Shown here one piece after another: positions 1-11,715 of a DNA stretch of 64,000 bases. Every line of letters starts with the position of its first letter. Position 1 is the stretch's first letter. The notes below the pieces were generated by a model, which did no database searches, was not told where the DNA came from, and saw nothing but the letters and a program-made list of their open reading frames with translations. The stretch comes from Eledone cirrhosa (taxonomy: Eukaryota), in assembly GCA_964016885.1 (NCBI GenBank), contig OZ024745.1:131254001-131318000 (forward strand), written 5' to 3'. Both the position numbers and the translations under genes were made by a program.

Positions 1-460
1 GAATTATATTTCATCTCATTTTTTTTTCTCTTTGTAACAATTATTGAGGCTCATAGATTATGGTTGAAATTTGCAAACCTCATTGCAATGTGTCTTAAGA
101 GAAGACCTGACTCTATGTGACAGCTCTCTCAGTCAAGCCTAAAATTGATATCACATTCACTTTACAGTTTGTTTTTATTGCTATTAGAAAAAGCATTCAG
201 TTATAAATTTACATTTAATTCAAGAATTTATTATATGGAATTCAAAAATATTTCCTGCATATAACTCCTCTAATGAATTAGTCTCAAAGTCTTCAATCCC
301 AATATACAAACACTTCTGAATATCTTTGAAAATATAATAAATTAATCTGAAACCATGCATATATATATCTTTTAAATATCATCATCATCGTTTAACATCC
401 ATTTTGTATGTTCGCAAGGGTTTTTTAATATATCCTATATATATTTAACTGTATTTTCAG

Positions 461-579
461 GATTCCAACATTGTACAATTCTTGTCAATGGGATTTCTGT
501 CGTCAGATCGAAATGAGGTACATGCAGCTATCAATTTACTTTCTATTGGATCCAAGCTGGAATCGTTCCCACATCTTGC
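461..579 (+). CDS. CIP2A: CIP2A internal coding exon (first in window): DSNIVQFLSMGFLSSDRNEVHAAINLLSIGSKLESFPHL(A)
   Basis: Acceptor ttttcAG at 459-460 and donor GTatgt at 580. Ends in phase 2, matching the next exon. The peptide resembles the end of the CIP2A armadillo/dimerisation region (human, recalled: [49 protein letters not shown]). Confidence 0.88.
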
Positions 580-639
580 GTATGTAAACTTATCTTTTCC
601 ATATTGCATACATATCATTGCTTCTATACATATAGAGAT

Positions 640-848
640 TCATCATCATCATTTTACGTCTGCTTTTCCATGCTTGCAAGGGTGGGACGGGTCCTATTCA
701 GCACAGCATCTTTCCACTTGTCACGGTCCTTCGTCATCTCCACTGTGAGCTTCAGCGATCTGAGGTCTGCTCTCACCACCTCCGCCCATATTTTTCGTGG
801 TCTTCCTCTACCACGTCTTCCTTCAACTGGGATTTCTTGGCACTTCTT
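640..848 (-). mobile_element. RTE-clade LINE 3' end, short-tail type
   Basis: Reverse complement of the LINE end at 30900-31222: KKCQEIPVEGRRGRGRPRK followed by a CCCTTGCAAGCATGGAAAAGCAGACGTAAAATGATGATG tail. Confidence 0.85.
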
Positions 849-1237
849 ATCTATATATTATTTTTATCGCATGATAATCTTTGCTATTGTACAATTACAT
901 TGTATCTTTATTTCATAGTTGCCATTAGTTTAACAAACATCTTGTGTAATGTTCAGCTTCATGTCAGCCCCAATCCAACTGACCTATCTCCAGCAGGTTG
1001 AGCAACTACATAGGAGCTCCCTTGTTGGCTCAAAACATCTTGTTTTCATTAATTTAGATATGAGTATATGTAGTTTACTTTTAGGAAGGTCGGAATTGAT
1101 CAAAATTTATTGAACTAAGCTATGTGGAAAATGTATTTAGGGAGTTAATGTCTCTACACAAACCTGCTCCAGATGCAGCTTCAAAACTTTCCACTGCTCA
1201 TGTACATTCTCCACGAACAGAATATTTTTTAATATGG

Positions 1238-1445
1238 TCTCAGCATTCGGTAATCAGAAGAAGGGAGGTAGGTGTAAAAGCCAAACTCGCTATCTTCAAT
1301 TCAGTATTTGTGCCATCCCTTACCTATGGTCATGAATCTTGGGTAATAATGAAAAGAATACGATCGCGAATACAAGCGGCCAAAATGAGGTTCCTCCAAA
1401 GGGTCTTTGGAGTAATGTTACTCAATAAAGTGCGTAGCTCGGATA
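1238..1445 (+). mobile_element. RTE-clade LINE ORF2 fragment
   Basis: Translates as KAKLAIFNSVFVPSLTYGHESWVIMKRIRSRIQAAKMRFLQRVFGV, a typical post-RT RTE motif (LTYGxExW...AAEMxFLRR). The same family occurs at 25330-25620 (-) and 55308-55810 (+). Confidence 0.85.
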
Positions 1446-2276
1446 TTATTTATTTTGAGAACAATACCTTAACATCAGTATGAGTGGCCGGTTACAGTTA
1501 GTTTGAACAGAAAGGGGTGAGAGAATTCTGGCCGGTTACAACCGGTTTAAATGCTAAAGGGTTAAGCATGCTTTTGATATCAACCTGCCCAAAACTGGCT
1601 CTGCTTCTATTACACAAAACCACCCATTTTAAAGGGGTCCTATTTAAATTAAAATCTTTCAAAATAGTTTTATATAAGAACCCATCATGTTAATATCCAT
1701 TTTGCCACCCACCCTTGCAAGGGTTGGCTGAGTCCTTCTCTATATGTTAAATTATCATCATTGCCGTTTTATGTTTGTTTTTACATGGGTTGGACAGAAC
1801 CATGTGGTAAGATATTAGTATTAAAATCATCACCATCATCATCATCATGTATATTTTCAATGCTTGTATGGGTTGGACAGGTTGTCGCATTCAGAGACTT
1901 GACAGGTCAGACAACTGTGTCTATTACATTCCATTCTGGTATGGTTTCTACGGCTGGACACCCTTCCTTATGGTAACCACCTCATAGTGTGTACTTCATG
2001 TGTTTTATCATGGCACCACCACTGCCTTCTAACAGGGTGGATTACCATTTATCAACATAATGATTAATAATTTGAGTAAATTCCTCAAAATTCTTAATTA
2101 ATTAAAATGGAGTATATTTCATTAGAAATATGGTTCCAAAAGTATTAAGCCAATGAAAGTCAACAGTGATTCTGTTTAAAGAAACATTGTTTTTTGTAAT
2201 GCATCTATTGGAAAGATCCGAAATATTAATGTTTTAACTATCTGTTAACAAAATATTGGTTACTATGTTCATAGAA

Positions 2277-4790
2277 TCATCATCATTTAACATCCATTTT
2301 TCCACGCTAGCATGGGTTAGACAAGTTGTCCTATTGAGACAAGTCAGATTAGATGACCGTTTCTTGTTCATACTGAACTGTTTCTGGCTTTGTATCTATG
2401 GCTAGATGCCCTTCCTAATGCCAACCACATTTACAGTGTGTACTGGGTGCTTTATGGGGTAACACCTATACAACACTTTACAGTGTGTACTGGGTGCTTT
2501 ATGTCATGATGCCTACATGACCACTTTACAGTGTGTACTGGGAGCTTTATGTCATGATGTCTACATGACCACTTTACAGTGTGTACTGGGTGCTTTATGT
2601 CATGATGTCTACATGACCACTTTACAGTGTGTACTGGGTGCTTTATGTCATGATGTCTACATGACCACTTTACAGTGTGTACTGGGTGCTTTATGTCATG
2701 ATGTCTACATGACCACTTTACAGTGTGTACTGGGTGCTTTATGTCGTGATGTCTACATGACCACTTTACAGTGTGTACTGGGTGCTTTATGTCGTGATGT
2801 CTACATGACCACTTTACAGTGTGTACTGGGTGCTTTATGTCATGATGCCTACATGACCACTTTACAGTGTGTACTGGGTGCTTTATGTCGTGATGTCTAC
2901 ATGACCACTTTACAGTGTGTACTGGGTGCTTTATGTCATGATGTCTACATGACCACTTTACAGTGTGTACTGGGTGCTTTATGTCATGATGTCTACATGA
3001 CCACTTTACAGTGTGTACTGGGTGCTTTATGTCGTGATGTCTACATGACCACTTTACAGTGTGTACTGGGTGCTTTATGTCGTGATGTCTACATGACCAC
3101 TTTACAGTGTGTACTGGGTGCTTTATGTCATGATGTCTACATGACCACTTTACAGTGTGTACTGGGTGCTTTATGGGGTAACACCTATACAACCACATTT
3201 ACAGTGTGTACTGGGTGCTTTATGTCATGATGCCTACATGACCACTTTACAGTGTGTACTGGGTGCTTTATGGGGTAACACCTATACAACCACATTTACA
3301 GTGTGTACTGGGGGCTTTATGTCGTGATGTCTACATGACCACTTTACAGTGTGTACTGGGTGCTTTATGTCATGATGTCTACATGACCACTTTACAGTGT
3401 GTACTGGGTGCTTTATGTCGTGATGTCTACATGACCACTTTACAGTGTGTACTGGGTGCTTTATGTCGTGATGTCTACATGACCACTTTACAGTGTGTAC
3501 TGGGTGCTTTATGGGGTAACACCTATACAACCACATTTACAGTGTGTACTGGGGGCTTTATGTCATGATGTCTACATGACCACTTTACAGTGTGTACTGG
3601 GTGCTTTATGTCATGATGTCTACATGACCACTTTACAGTGTGTACTGGGTGCTTTATGTCGTGATGTCTACATGACCACTTTACAGTGTGTACTGGGTGC
3701 TTTATGTTGTGATGCCTACATGACCACTTTACAGTGTGTACTGGGTGCTTTATGTTGTGATGCCTATATGACCACTTTACAGTGTGTACTGGGTTTTTTA
3801 TGTTGTGACACCTATACAACACTTTACAGTGTGTACTGGGTGCTTTATGTTGTGACACCTCTACAAACACTTTACAGTGTGTAGTGGGTGCTTTATGTAG
3901 TGACACCTCTACAACTACTTTACAGTGTGTACTTTATGTGGTGACATCTATACAACTACTTTACAGTGTGTACTGGGTGCTTTATGTTGTGACACCTATA
4001 CAACCACATTTACAGTGTGTACTGGGTGCTTTATGGGGTAACTCCTCTACAACCACTTTACAGTGTGGACTGGGTGCTTTATGTTGTGACACCTATACAA
4101 CACTTTACAGTGTGTACTGGGTGCTTTATGTTGTGACACCTCTACAAACACTTTACAGTGTGTACTGGGTGCTTTATGTAGTGACACCTCTACAACTACT
4201 TTACAGTGTGTACTTTATGTGGTGACACCTATACAACTACTTTACAGTGTGTACTGGGTGCTTTATGTTGTGACACCTATACAACCACATTTACAGTGTG
4301 TACTGGGTGCTTTATGTGGTGACACCTCTACAACCACTTTACAGTGTGGACTGGGTGCTTTATGTTGTGACACCTATACAACACTTTACAGTGTGTACTG
4401 GGTGCTTTATGTGGTGACACCTCTACAACCACTTTACAGTGTGGACTGGGTGCTTTATGTTGTGACACCTATACAACACTTTACAGTGTGTACTGGGTGC
4501 TTTATGGGGTAACTCCTCTACAACCACTTTACAGTGTGGCCTGGGTGCTTTATGTTGTGACACCTATACAACACTTTACAGTGTGAACAGGGAGCTGGGG
4601 TGGGAAACTTGCATTGGGATGAAAAAAGTAGATCTAGGGGTGGGGGAGGACGTGGGTAGTGTGTTAGGATGGGGGAGGGGAAGTGGTGCTTACTAAATGT
4701 ATGTTACAACCTGTGCATATGGGAAGGCGGGTCTTTTGCATTATTACATAACTCCAGAAATCTTGATCCTATGTCATTGTCTTTGAAATA
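2277..4790 (-). mobile_element. 5'-truncated RTE LINE (long 3' UTR type) whose 3' UTR contains the 48-bp array
   Basis: (CAT)n tail at 2277 and GATGCCCTTCCTAA box at about 2405, then the array, then a G-rich tract and AAGGCGGGTCTT at about 4724. This is collinear with the unexpanded copies at 36258-36955 and 47667-48120. Confidence 0.75.
2425..4586. repeat. 48-bp minisatellite A, about 45 copies (ATGACCACTTTACAGTGTGTACTGGGTGCTTTATGTCATGATGTCTAC)
   Basis: Direct tandem repeat. Homogeneous from 2480 to 3780, then a second variant (TTGTGACACCTATACAAC) with 1-bp and 8-bp indels to the end. Confidence 0.97.
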
Positions 4791-5058
4791 GTGATTATGT
4801 TATTGTTATTGTTGTCAACTAAATTTCAGCTTCTATTTGATATTGTCAACTAATTCCAAATAAATTAATGTCATCATATTTATTGTGGTGAGCATTAAAT
4901 ACCTTTGTCATTGTCATCATCATCATCATCATAAGTCCATTGTCTATGAATTGGACACGTTATCACTGTCAGAGATGAAACAAGTTCAAGAGCCACGTCT
5001 TGTTTATACATTCCATTTTTGGTTTAGTTTGTACATATGGATGACCTTCTTAATGCCA

Positions 5059-7237
5059 ACTACTTTACAGAATGTACTTGGTGCATATTATTGTGGTACC
5101 AACATTACCACTTTACAGAGTGTACTGGGTGCATTTTATTGTGGCACTAACATTACCACTTTACAGAGTGTACTTGGTACATATTATTGTGGTACCAACA
5201 TTACTACTTTACAGAGTGTACTGGGTGCATATTATTGTGGTACCAACATTACTACTTTACAGAGTGTACTGGGTGCATTTTATTGTGGCACTAACATTAC
5301 TACTTTACAGAGTGTACTGGGTGCATATTATTGTGGTACCAACATTACTACTTTACAGAGTGTACTGGGTGCATTTTATTGTGGTACCAACATTACTACT
5401 TTACAGAGTGTACTGGGTGCATTTTATTGTGGCACTAACATTACTACTTTACAGAGTGTACTGGGTGCATATTATTGTGGTACCAACATTACTACTTTAC
5501 AGAGTGTACTGGGTGCATTTTATTGTGGTACCAACATTACTACTTTACAGAGTGTACTGGGTGCATTTTATTGTGGCACTAACATTACTACTTTACAGAG
5601 TGTACTGGGTGCATATTATTGTGGTACCAACATTACTACTTTACAGAATGTACTTGGTACATATTATTGTGGTACCAACATTACTACTTTACAGAGTGTA
5701 TTGGGTGCATTTTATTGTGGCACTAACATTACTACTTTACAGAGTGTACTGGGTGCATATTATTGTGGTACCAACATTTCTACTTTACAGAGTGTACTGG
5801 GTGCATATTATTGTGGTACCAACATTACTACTTTACAGAGTGTACTGGGTGCATTTTATTGTGGCACTAACATTACTACTTTACAGAGTGTACTGGGTGC
5901 ATTTTATTGTGGCACTAACATTACTACTTTACAGAGTGTACTGGGTGCATATTATTGTGGTACCAACATTACTACTTTACAGAGTGTACTGGGTGCATTT
6001 TATTGTGGCACTAACATTACTACTTTACAGAGTGTACTGGGTGCATTTTATTGTGGCACTAACATTACTACTTTACAGAGTGTACTGGGTGCATATTATT
6101 GTGGTACCAACATTACTACTTTACAGAGTGTACTGGGTGCATATTATTGTGGTACCAACATTACTACTTTACAGAGTGTACTGGGTGCATTTTATTGTGG
6201 CACTAACATTACTACTTTACAGAGTGTACTGGGTGCATTTTATTGTGGCACTAACATTACTACTTTACAGAGTGTACTGGGTGCATATTATTGTGGTACC
6301 AACATTACTACTTTACAGAGTGTACTGGGTGCATTTTATTGTGGCACTAACATTACTACTTTACAGAGTGTACTGGGTGCATTTTATTGTGGCACTAACA
6401 TTACTACTTTACAGAGTGTACTGGGTGCATATTATTGTGGTACCAACATTACTACTTTACAGAGTGTACTGGGTGCATTTTATTGTGGCACTAACATTAC
6501 TACTTTACAGAGTGTACTGGGTGCATTTTATTGTGGCACTAACATTACTACTTTACAGAGTGTACTGGGTGCATATTATTGTGGTACCAACATTACTACT
6601 TTACAGAGTGTACTGGGTGCATTTTATTGTGGCACTAACATTACTACTTTACAGAGTGTACTGGGTGCATTTTATTGTGGCACTAACATTACTACTTTAC
6701 AGAGTGTACTGGGTGCATTTTATTGTGGCACTAACATTACTACTTTACAGAGTGTACTGGGTGCATATTATTGTGGTACCAACATTACTACTTTACAGAG
6801 TGTACTGGGTGCATTTTATTGTGGTACCAACATTACTACTTTACAGAGTGTACTGGGTGCATTTTATTGTGGCACTAACATTACTACTTTACAGAGTGTA
6901 CTGGGTGCATATTATTGTGGCACTAACATTACTACTTTACAGAGTGTACTGGGTGCATATTATTGTGGCACTAACATTACTACTTTACAGAGTGTACTGG
7001 GTGCATTTTATTGTGGCACTAACATTACTACTTTACAGAGTGTACTGGGTGCATATTATTGTGGCACTAACATTACTACTTTACAGAGTGTACTGGGTGC
7101 ATTTTATTGTGGCACTAACATTACTACTTTACAGAGTGTACTGGGTGCATATTATTGTGGCACTAACATTACTACTTTACAGAGTGTACTGGGTGCATAT
7201 TATTGTGGTACCAACATTACTACTTTACAGAGTGTAC
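5059..7237. repeat. 48-bp minisatellite B, about 45 copies (ACTACTTTACAGAGTGTACTGGGTGCATWTTATTGTGGYACYAACATT)
   Basis: Indel-free tandem repeat with two alternating variants. It is preceded by the same degenerate GGATGnCCTTCnTAATGCCAAC box as array A. Confidence 0.97.
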
Positions 7238-8109
7238 TGTTTATCATGACTCCAGTGCTACTACACCTACCACTTTGCAGAGGTCTTTCTTTTAAATCAT
7301 TTCAGCAAGTGTGGTAGACAGTAAGTAGGATATGATTTGCAGAAGATTTCGCTGCTGTTTCTAGCAGTCTCAGCAACCATATAAAGGGTTCTTTCTTGGC
7401 TTGCAAACTAGTGATAGTCTAACATTACAATAAAAAGTTGGAGGTTTGTTATAGTGTATTCAGTACAGTTGATGTAAACATTAAAATCCTATCAAAGAGA
7501 AAATTTCTTTTAACTTGTTGTTGTTGTTGTTGTTGTTAGTTAGCATTTATTTGTCTTTTGTGTTTTTCTTCTGTCTTTCCTTCTGTTTGAAATGTTTTAT
7601 TACATGAGAGAAGTTCAACAATATCTCTGATGACAAATGTAATTTGTTGATGATTCTTTTGTTTTATATTTTCTCTCTTATTGTCAGATCTATTATTACT
7701 CACTTCCCCTATTATCTAACATTAAACAGTCTGTGTATTATTTGTTCCAGCTCTGACCTTTCCATGAATTCCCCTCATTATATTCTCTCATCTACTTAAG
7801 TAAATATTTAAAGATTCTCATTATTCTGCCTAACTTGACTTCCTACTCAGATTATGTTGGTCTAAACAAAACCAAATGAAATACAAAAATACACTTAAAA
7901 TATAAACAAAACCTGCCATCATATTTGTATCTAACGTTTTTTGTGTCTGTCAATATTTTGAAATTAAAACAGTATTATGTTCTGTCTTGACAATTTCTTC
8001 ACATCACACAAAAAATAAATTGTATTATTGTATAAAAGGAAAGAGTTAACACTTTGAGAATTATTATATTTACAATAGTTTATAACTTTGCCTATTAATT
8101 TGTATGGTG

Positions 8110-8345
8110 AGAAAATGGGGTCCCACATGCTGGCCTCCCCACAGCCCCGGCAGACAGGATGGAGAAGGCGTTTCCCCGGAGGATGGTAAGGGAGATTTGC
8201 TGGAAGAGCCATTCCAACTCGCGAGGCTCACACCTGCGGCTGGCCAGCTCAGTGCCTATGGAGGTTAATAGGGAGGTAGCCCTAGGGCCAAGGACACCAG
8301 AAGTCTCCACTGCCAAGGGCACGACCTGTCGGAGAGTGACCAGTA
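8110..8345 (-). mobile_element. C-terminal fragment of a restriction-like-endonuclease non-LTR retrotransposon, CRE-like
   Basis: PLAVETSGVLGPRATSLLTSIGTELASRRCEPRELEWLFQQISLTILRGNAFSIL fits the CRE-clade end motif PxAVETxGxxG...QRISxxxxRGNAxSIL. A second copy lies at 60097-60262. Confidence 0.72.
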
Positions 8346-8419
8346 GTTGGAGAGTTTGGCCTCCTCAGCCCGACGTGCAGAGTAGAGTCTAGTCTAGTTT
8401 AAAGTCTGTCTTAAGCTTG

Positions 8420-8672
8420 TTAGGCTGATACTTATCCCAGTTTCATGGCATGAAGCAACTGAGACTGAAGGACTCCCCCCTGGACAGAATGCCAGTCCAT
8501 CGCAGGAGTAAATTCTCAGCTATTGTTGGTACTCATTTTCAGCTGAGTAGAGTGGAGCAATGTGAAATGAAGTGTTTTGCTCAAGAACACAACACACCAC
8601 ACAGCCCAGGAATCAAACTCACAAGATTATAACCATAAATCCAACACCCTTACCACTAGGCCACACATCTCC
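8420..8672 (-). mobile_element. tRNA-derived CORE-like SINE
   Basis: The reverse strand has a tRNA-like head (TGGCCTAGTGGTAAG...GAGTTTGATTCC) followed by TGTGTTCTTGAGCAAAACACTTCATTTCACATTGCTCC, shared with the SINE at 39840. Confidence 0.7.
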
Positions 8673-8972
8673 ACTATCAGTGGAGTGCTGGATTGGATGT
8701 TGTATATGGTTTATTCTCAGTTTTTGACTTTCCCATTCATCTTTCCAGAGTTAACAAAATAAGTACCAGTAATATATTAGATTCATCAGAACAGTGTTGT
8801 TATGGCTCCTTAATAGTTAAAACGTCTAGTTGGTATCTGGAAGATATGGGTTTAGTTCCTCATAGCAGCCAATGGCAACTTCTTTTTCCATCTTTTAAGG
8901 GTTTTCACCCTATTTTATAAGCCACCTTTATAGCATTTCTGCATTTGAACTCACCATCCTTCATATACATAC

Positions 8973-9030
<58 letters not shown>

Positions 9031-9036
<6 letters not shown>

Positions 9037-9161
9037 TGTATAGAAGGAGCTTCTACAGGACTAGAACTGTTTCATTCAGATGAAATCTTCAGGAGCTTCC
9101 TGAAGATTTCATCTGAATGAAATAGTTCTAGTCCTGTAGAAGCTCCTTCTATACAATAAAT
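9031..9161. repeat. 131-bp near-perfect palindrome of a Penelope-like terminal sequence next to (TA)n
   Basis: Arms ATTTATTGTATAGAAGGAGCTTCTACAGGACTAGAACTGTTTCATTCAGATGAAATCTTCAGGA and its reverse complement, with 1 mismatch. A related single copy lies at about 55045-55095. Confidence 0.9.
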
Positions 9162-9230
9162 ATATTTTACTCTGCCATGTATTGACTACCTTACTTACTG
9201 TGGTTATCCCCGACTCAACCCGGGACCTAC

Positions 9231-9262
<32 letters not shown>

Positions 9263-10201
9263 ACATATACATACACTGTAAATGTGATTAGTGTTAGGAA
9301 GGGCATGCAGCTGTAAAAAACCTGCCAGAGACACTTCTGTACGAGCGAGACACGGTTTCCCAACCATTCCCGCATCAAATGGAACAAAACCGTCTAACTC
9401 ATGCTAGCGTGGAAGATGGATGTTAAACAATGATGATGATGATGATATATATGTATATATACTTTGTGAACTTATCTTAACTCCTAATTAGAAAGAAATC
9501 ATTCTTTCATTAACCTTGTTAGAAGCTTTGATAATTCTGTAAAGAAAACACATTTTTTAAAAATCCCGCTCCATTCTCTCTTTCTCTCCTAATTTTGCCA
9601 AGCTCTCCTGAAGCAGAATATATTTTACTTCACTTACGACATTTGATGAAAGAAAGACTCTAAAGTCTGTTTAATATCACAAGATTGGCTACTGAGTTCA
9701 GCCTCAAGCTTTGGCACCAGATGAGTTTGTTAAATGAAACTTGCTGTTAAGTAAATTTCAACTTAGTTCTGATACCACGTATGTCGTTAAGCAGATTATG
9801 TGCTGATATTCCAATTAACTTTAAAAGAAGAGAAACACCTTATCTCAGACTAGAATTAGATTTGTTCTGCTTGAAGCTGATTATTGTTGTTGTTGCTACT
9901 GTTAGTCTTTATTTGCTTTGTTTTCAAACTAATACAGACATGCATACACATACTCATATCATCATCATCATCGTGGTGGATTGGCAGTATCGGTAGAGCG
10001 TTGGACAATATGCTTTATGGCATTAAGTTATGGCCCTTTACGTTCTGAGTTCAAATCCTGCCGAGGTTAGGTTTGCCTTTCATCCTTACGAGGTCGATAA
10101 AATAAAGTACCAGTAATGCACTGGGGTTGATTTAATTGACTTTCCCCTTCCCCCAAATTTGTAGGCCTTGTGCCTAAATCAGAAACCATCATTATTATCA
10201 C

Positions 10202-10600
10202 TAGGGGTGGTGGATTGGCAGTATTGGTAAAGGGTCGGACACCATGTTAGGGTGGTGGATTGGCAGTGTAGGTAAGGGTCGGACACCATGCTAGGGTGGT
10301 GGATTGGCAGTGTAGGTAAGGGTCGGACACCATGTTAGGGTGGTGGATTGGCAGTGTAGGTAAGGGTCGGACACCATGCTAGGGTGGTGAATTGGCAGTG
10401 TAGGTAAGGGTCGGACACCATGCTAGGGTGGTGGATTGGCAGTGTAGGTAAGGGTCGGACACCATGCTAGGGTGGTGGATTGGCAGTATAGGTAGTGGGT
10501 TGGACACCATGCTAGGGTGGTGGATTGGCAGTGTAGGTAGAGGGTCGGACACCATGCTAAGGTGGTAGATTAGCAGTATCGGTAGAAGGTCGGACGCCAT
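10202..10600 (+). repeat. 44/45-bp tandem array of the SINE head, about 9 copies
   Basis: CTAGGGTGGTGGATTGGCAGTGTAGGTA(G)AGGGTCGGACACCATG repeated, then continuing into one SINE body. Confidence 0.95.
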
Positions 10601-10904
10601 GCTTTGTCGCATAGAGTTATGGCCCTTGCCATTCTGAATTCAAATCCCGCCGAGGTTAACTTTGCCTTTCATCCTTATGGGGTCGATAAAATAAAGTACC
10701 AGTAATACACTGGGATAATTGCTGGCCTTGTGCCAAAAGTAGAAACAAAATATAATAATTGTTTCAACTTTTGGCACAAGGCCAGCAATTATCCCAGTGT
10801 ATTACTTGTACTTTATTTTATCGACCCCATAAGGATGAAAGGCAAAGTTAACCATGGCGGGATTTGAACTCATAAAGTAAAGGGCCGTAACTCTTTGCTG
10901 CAAA

Positions 10905-11715
10905 GCATGGTGTCCGACCCTCTACCTACACTGCCAATTCACCACCCTAGCATGGTGTCCGACCCTCTACCTACACTGCCAATCCACCACTCTAGCATGG
11001 TGTCCGACCCACTACCTACACTGCCAATCCACCACCCTAGCATGGTGTCCGACCCTCTACCTACACTGCCAATCCACCACCCTAGCATGGTGTCCGACCC
11101 TCTACCTACACTGCCAATCCACCACTCTAGCATGGTGTCCGACCCTCTACCTACACTGCCAATCCACCACCCTAGCATGGCGTCCGACTTTCTACTGATA
11201 CCGCCAATCCACCACCCTAGCATGGTGTCTGACCCTCTACCTACACTGCCAATCCACCACCCTAGCATGGTGTCCGACCTTCTACCGATACTGCCAATCC
11301 ACCACTCTAGCATGGTGTCCGACCCACTACCTACACTGCCAATCCACCACCCTAGCATGGCGTCCGACCTTCTACCGATACTGCCAATCCACCACCTTAG
11401 CATGGTGTCCGACCCACTACCTACACTGCCAATCCACCACCCTAGCATGGTGTCCGACCTTCTACCGATACTGCCAATCCACCACCCTAGCATGGTGTCC
11501 GACCCACTACCTACACTGCCAATCCACCACCCTAGCATGGTGTCCGACCTTCTACTGATACTGCCAATCCACCACCCTAGCATGGTGTCCGACCTTCTAC
11601 CGATACTGCCAATCCACCACCCTAGCATGGTGTCCGACCCACTACCTACACTGCCAATCCACCACCCTAGCATGGTACCCGACCTTCTACCGATACTGCC
11701 AATCCAGCACCCTTG
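10905..11715 (-). repeat. 45-bp tandem array of the SINE head, about 18 copies, inverted relative to 10202-10600
   Basis: CATGGTGTCCGACCCTCTACCTACACTGCCAATCCACCACCCTAG repeated. The host SINE is bounded by the TSD GAAACAAAATATAATA (10742-57 and 11716-31). Confidence 0.95.

Noticed and set aside
2452-4512. Cys/His-rich repeat ORFs on both strands
   Set aside because: These are translations of 48-bp array A, broken by 1-bp indels.
4885-7317. 810-aa and 725-aa ORFs as a novel repeat protein
   Set aside because: They consist entirely of a 48-bp (16-codon) TE-derived array inside a CIP2A intron. There is no credible start, signal peptide or splice context, and overlapping frames are equally open.
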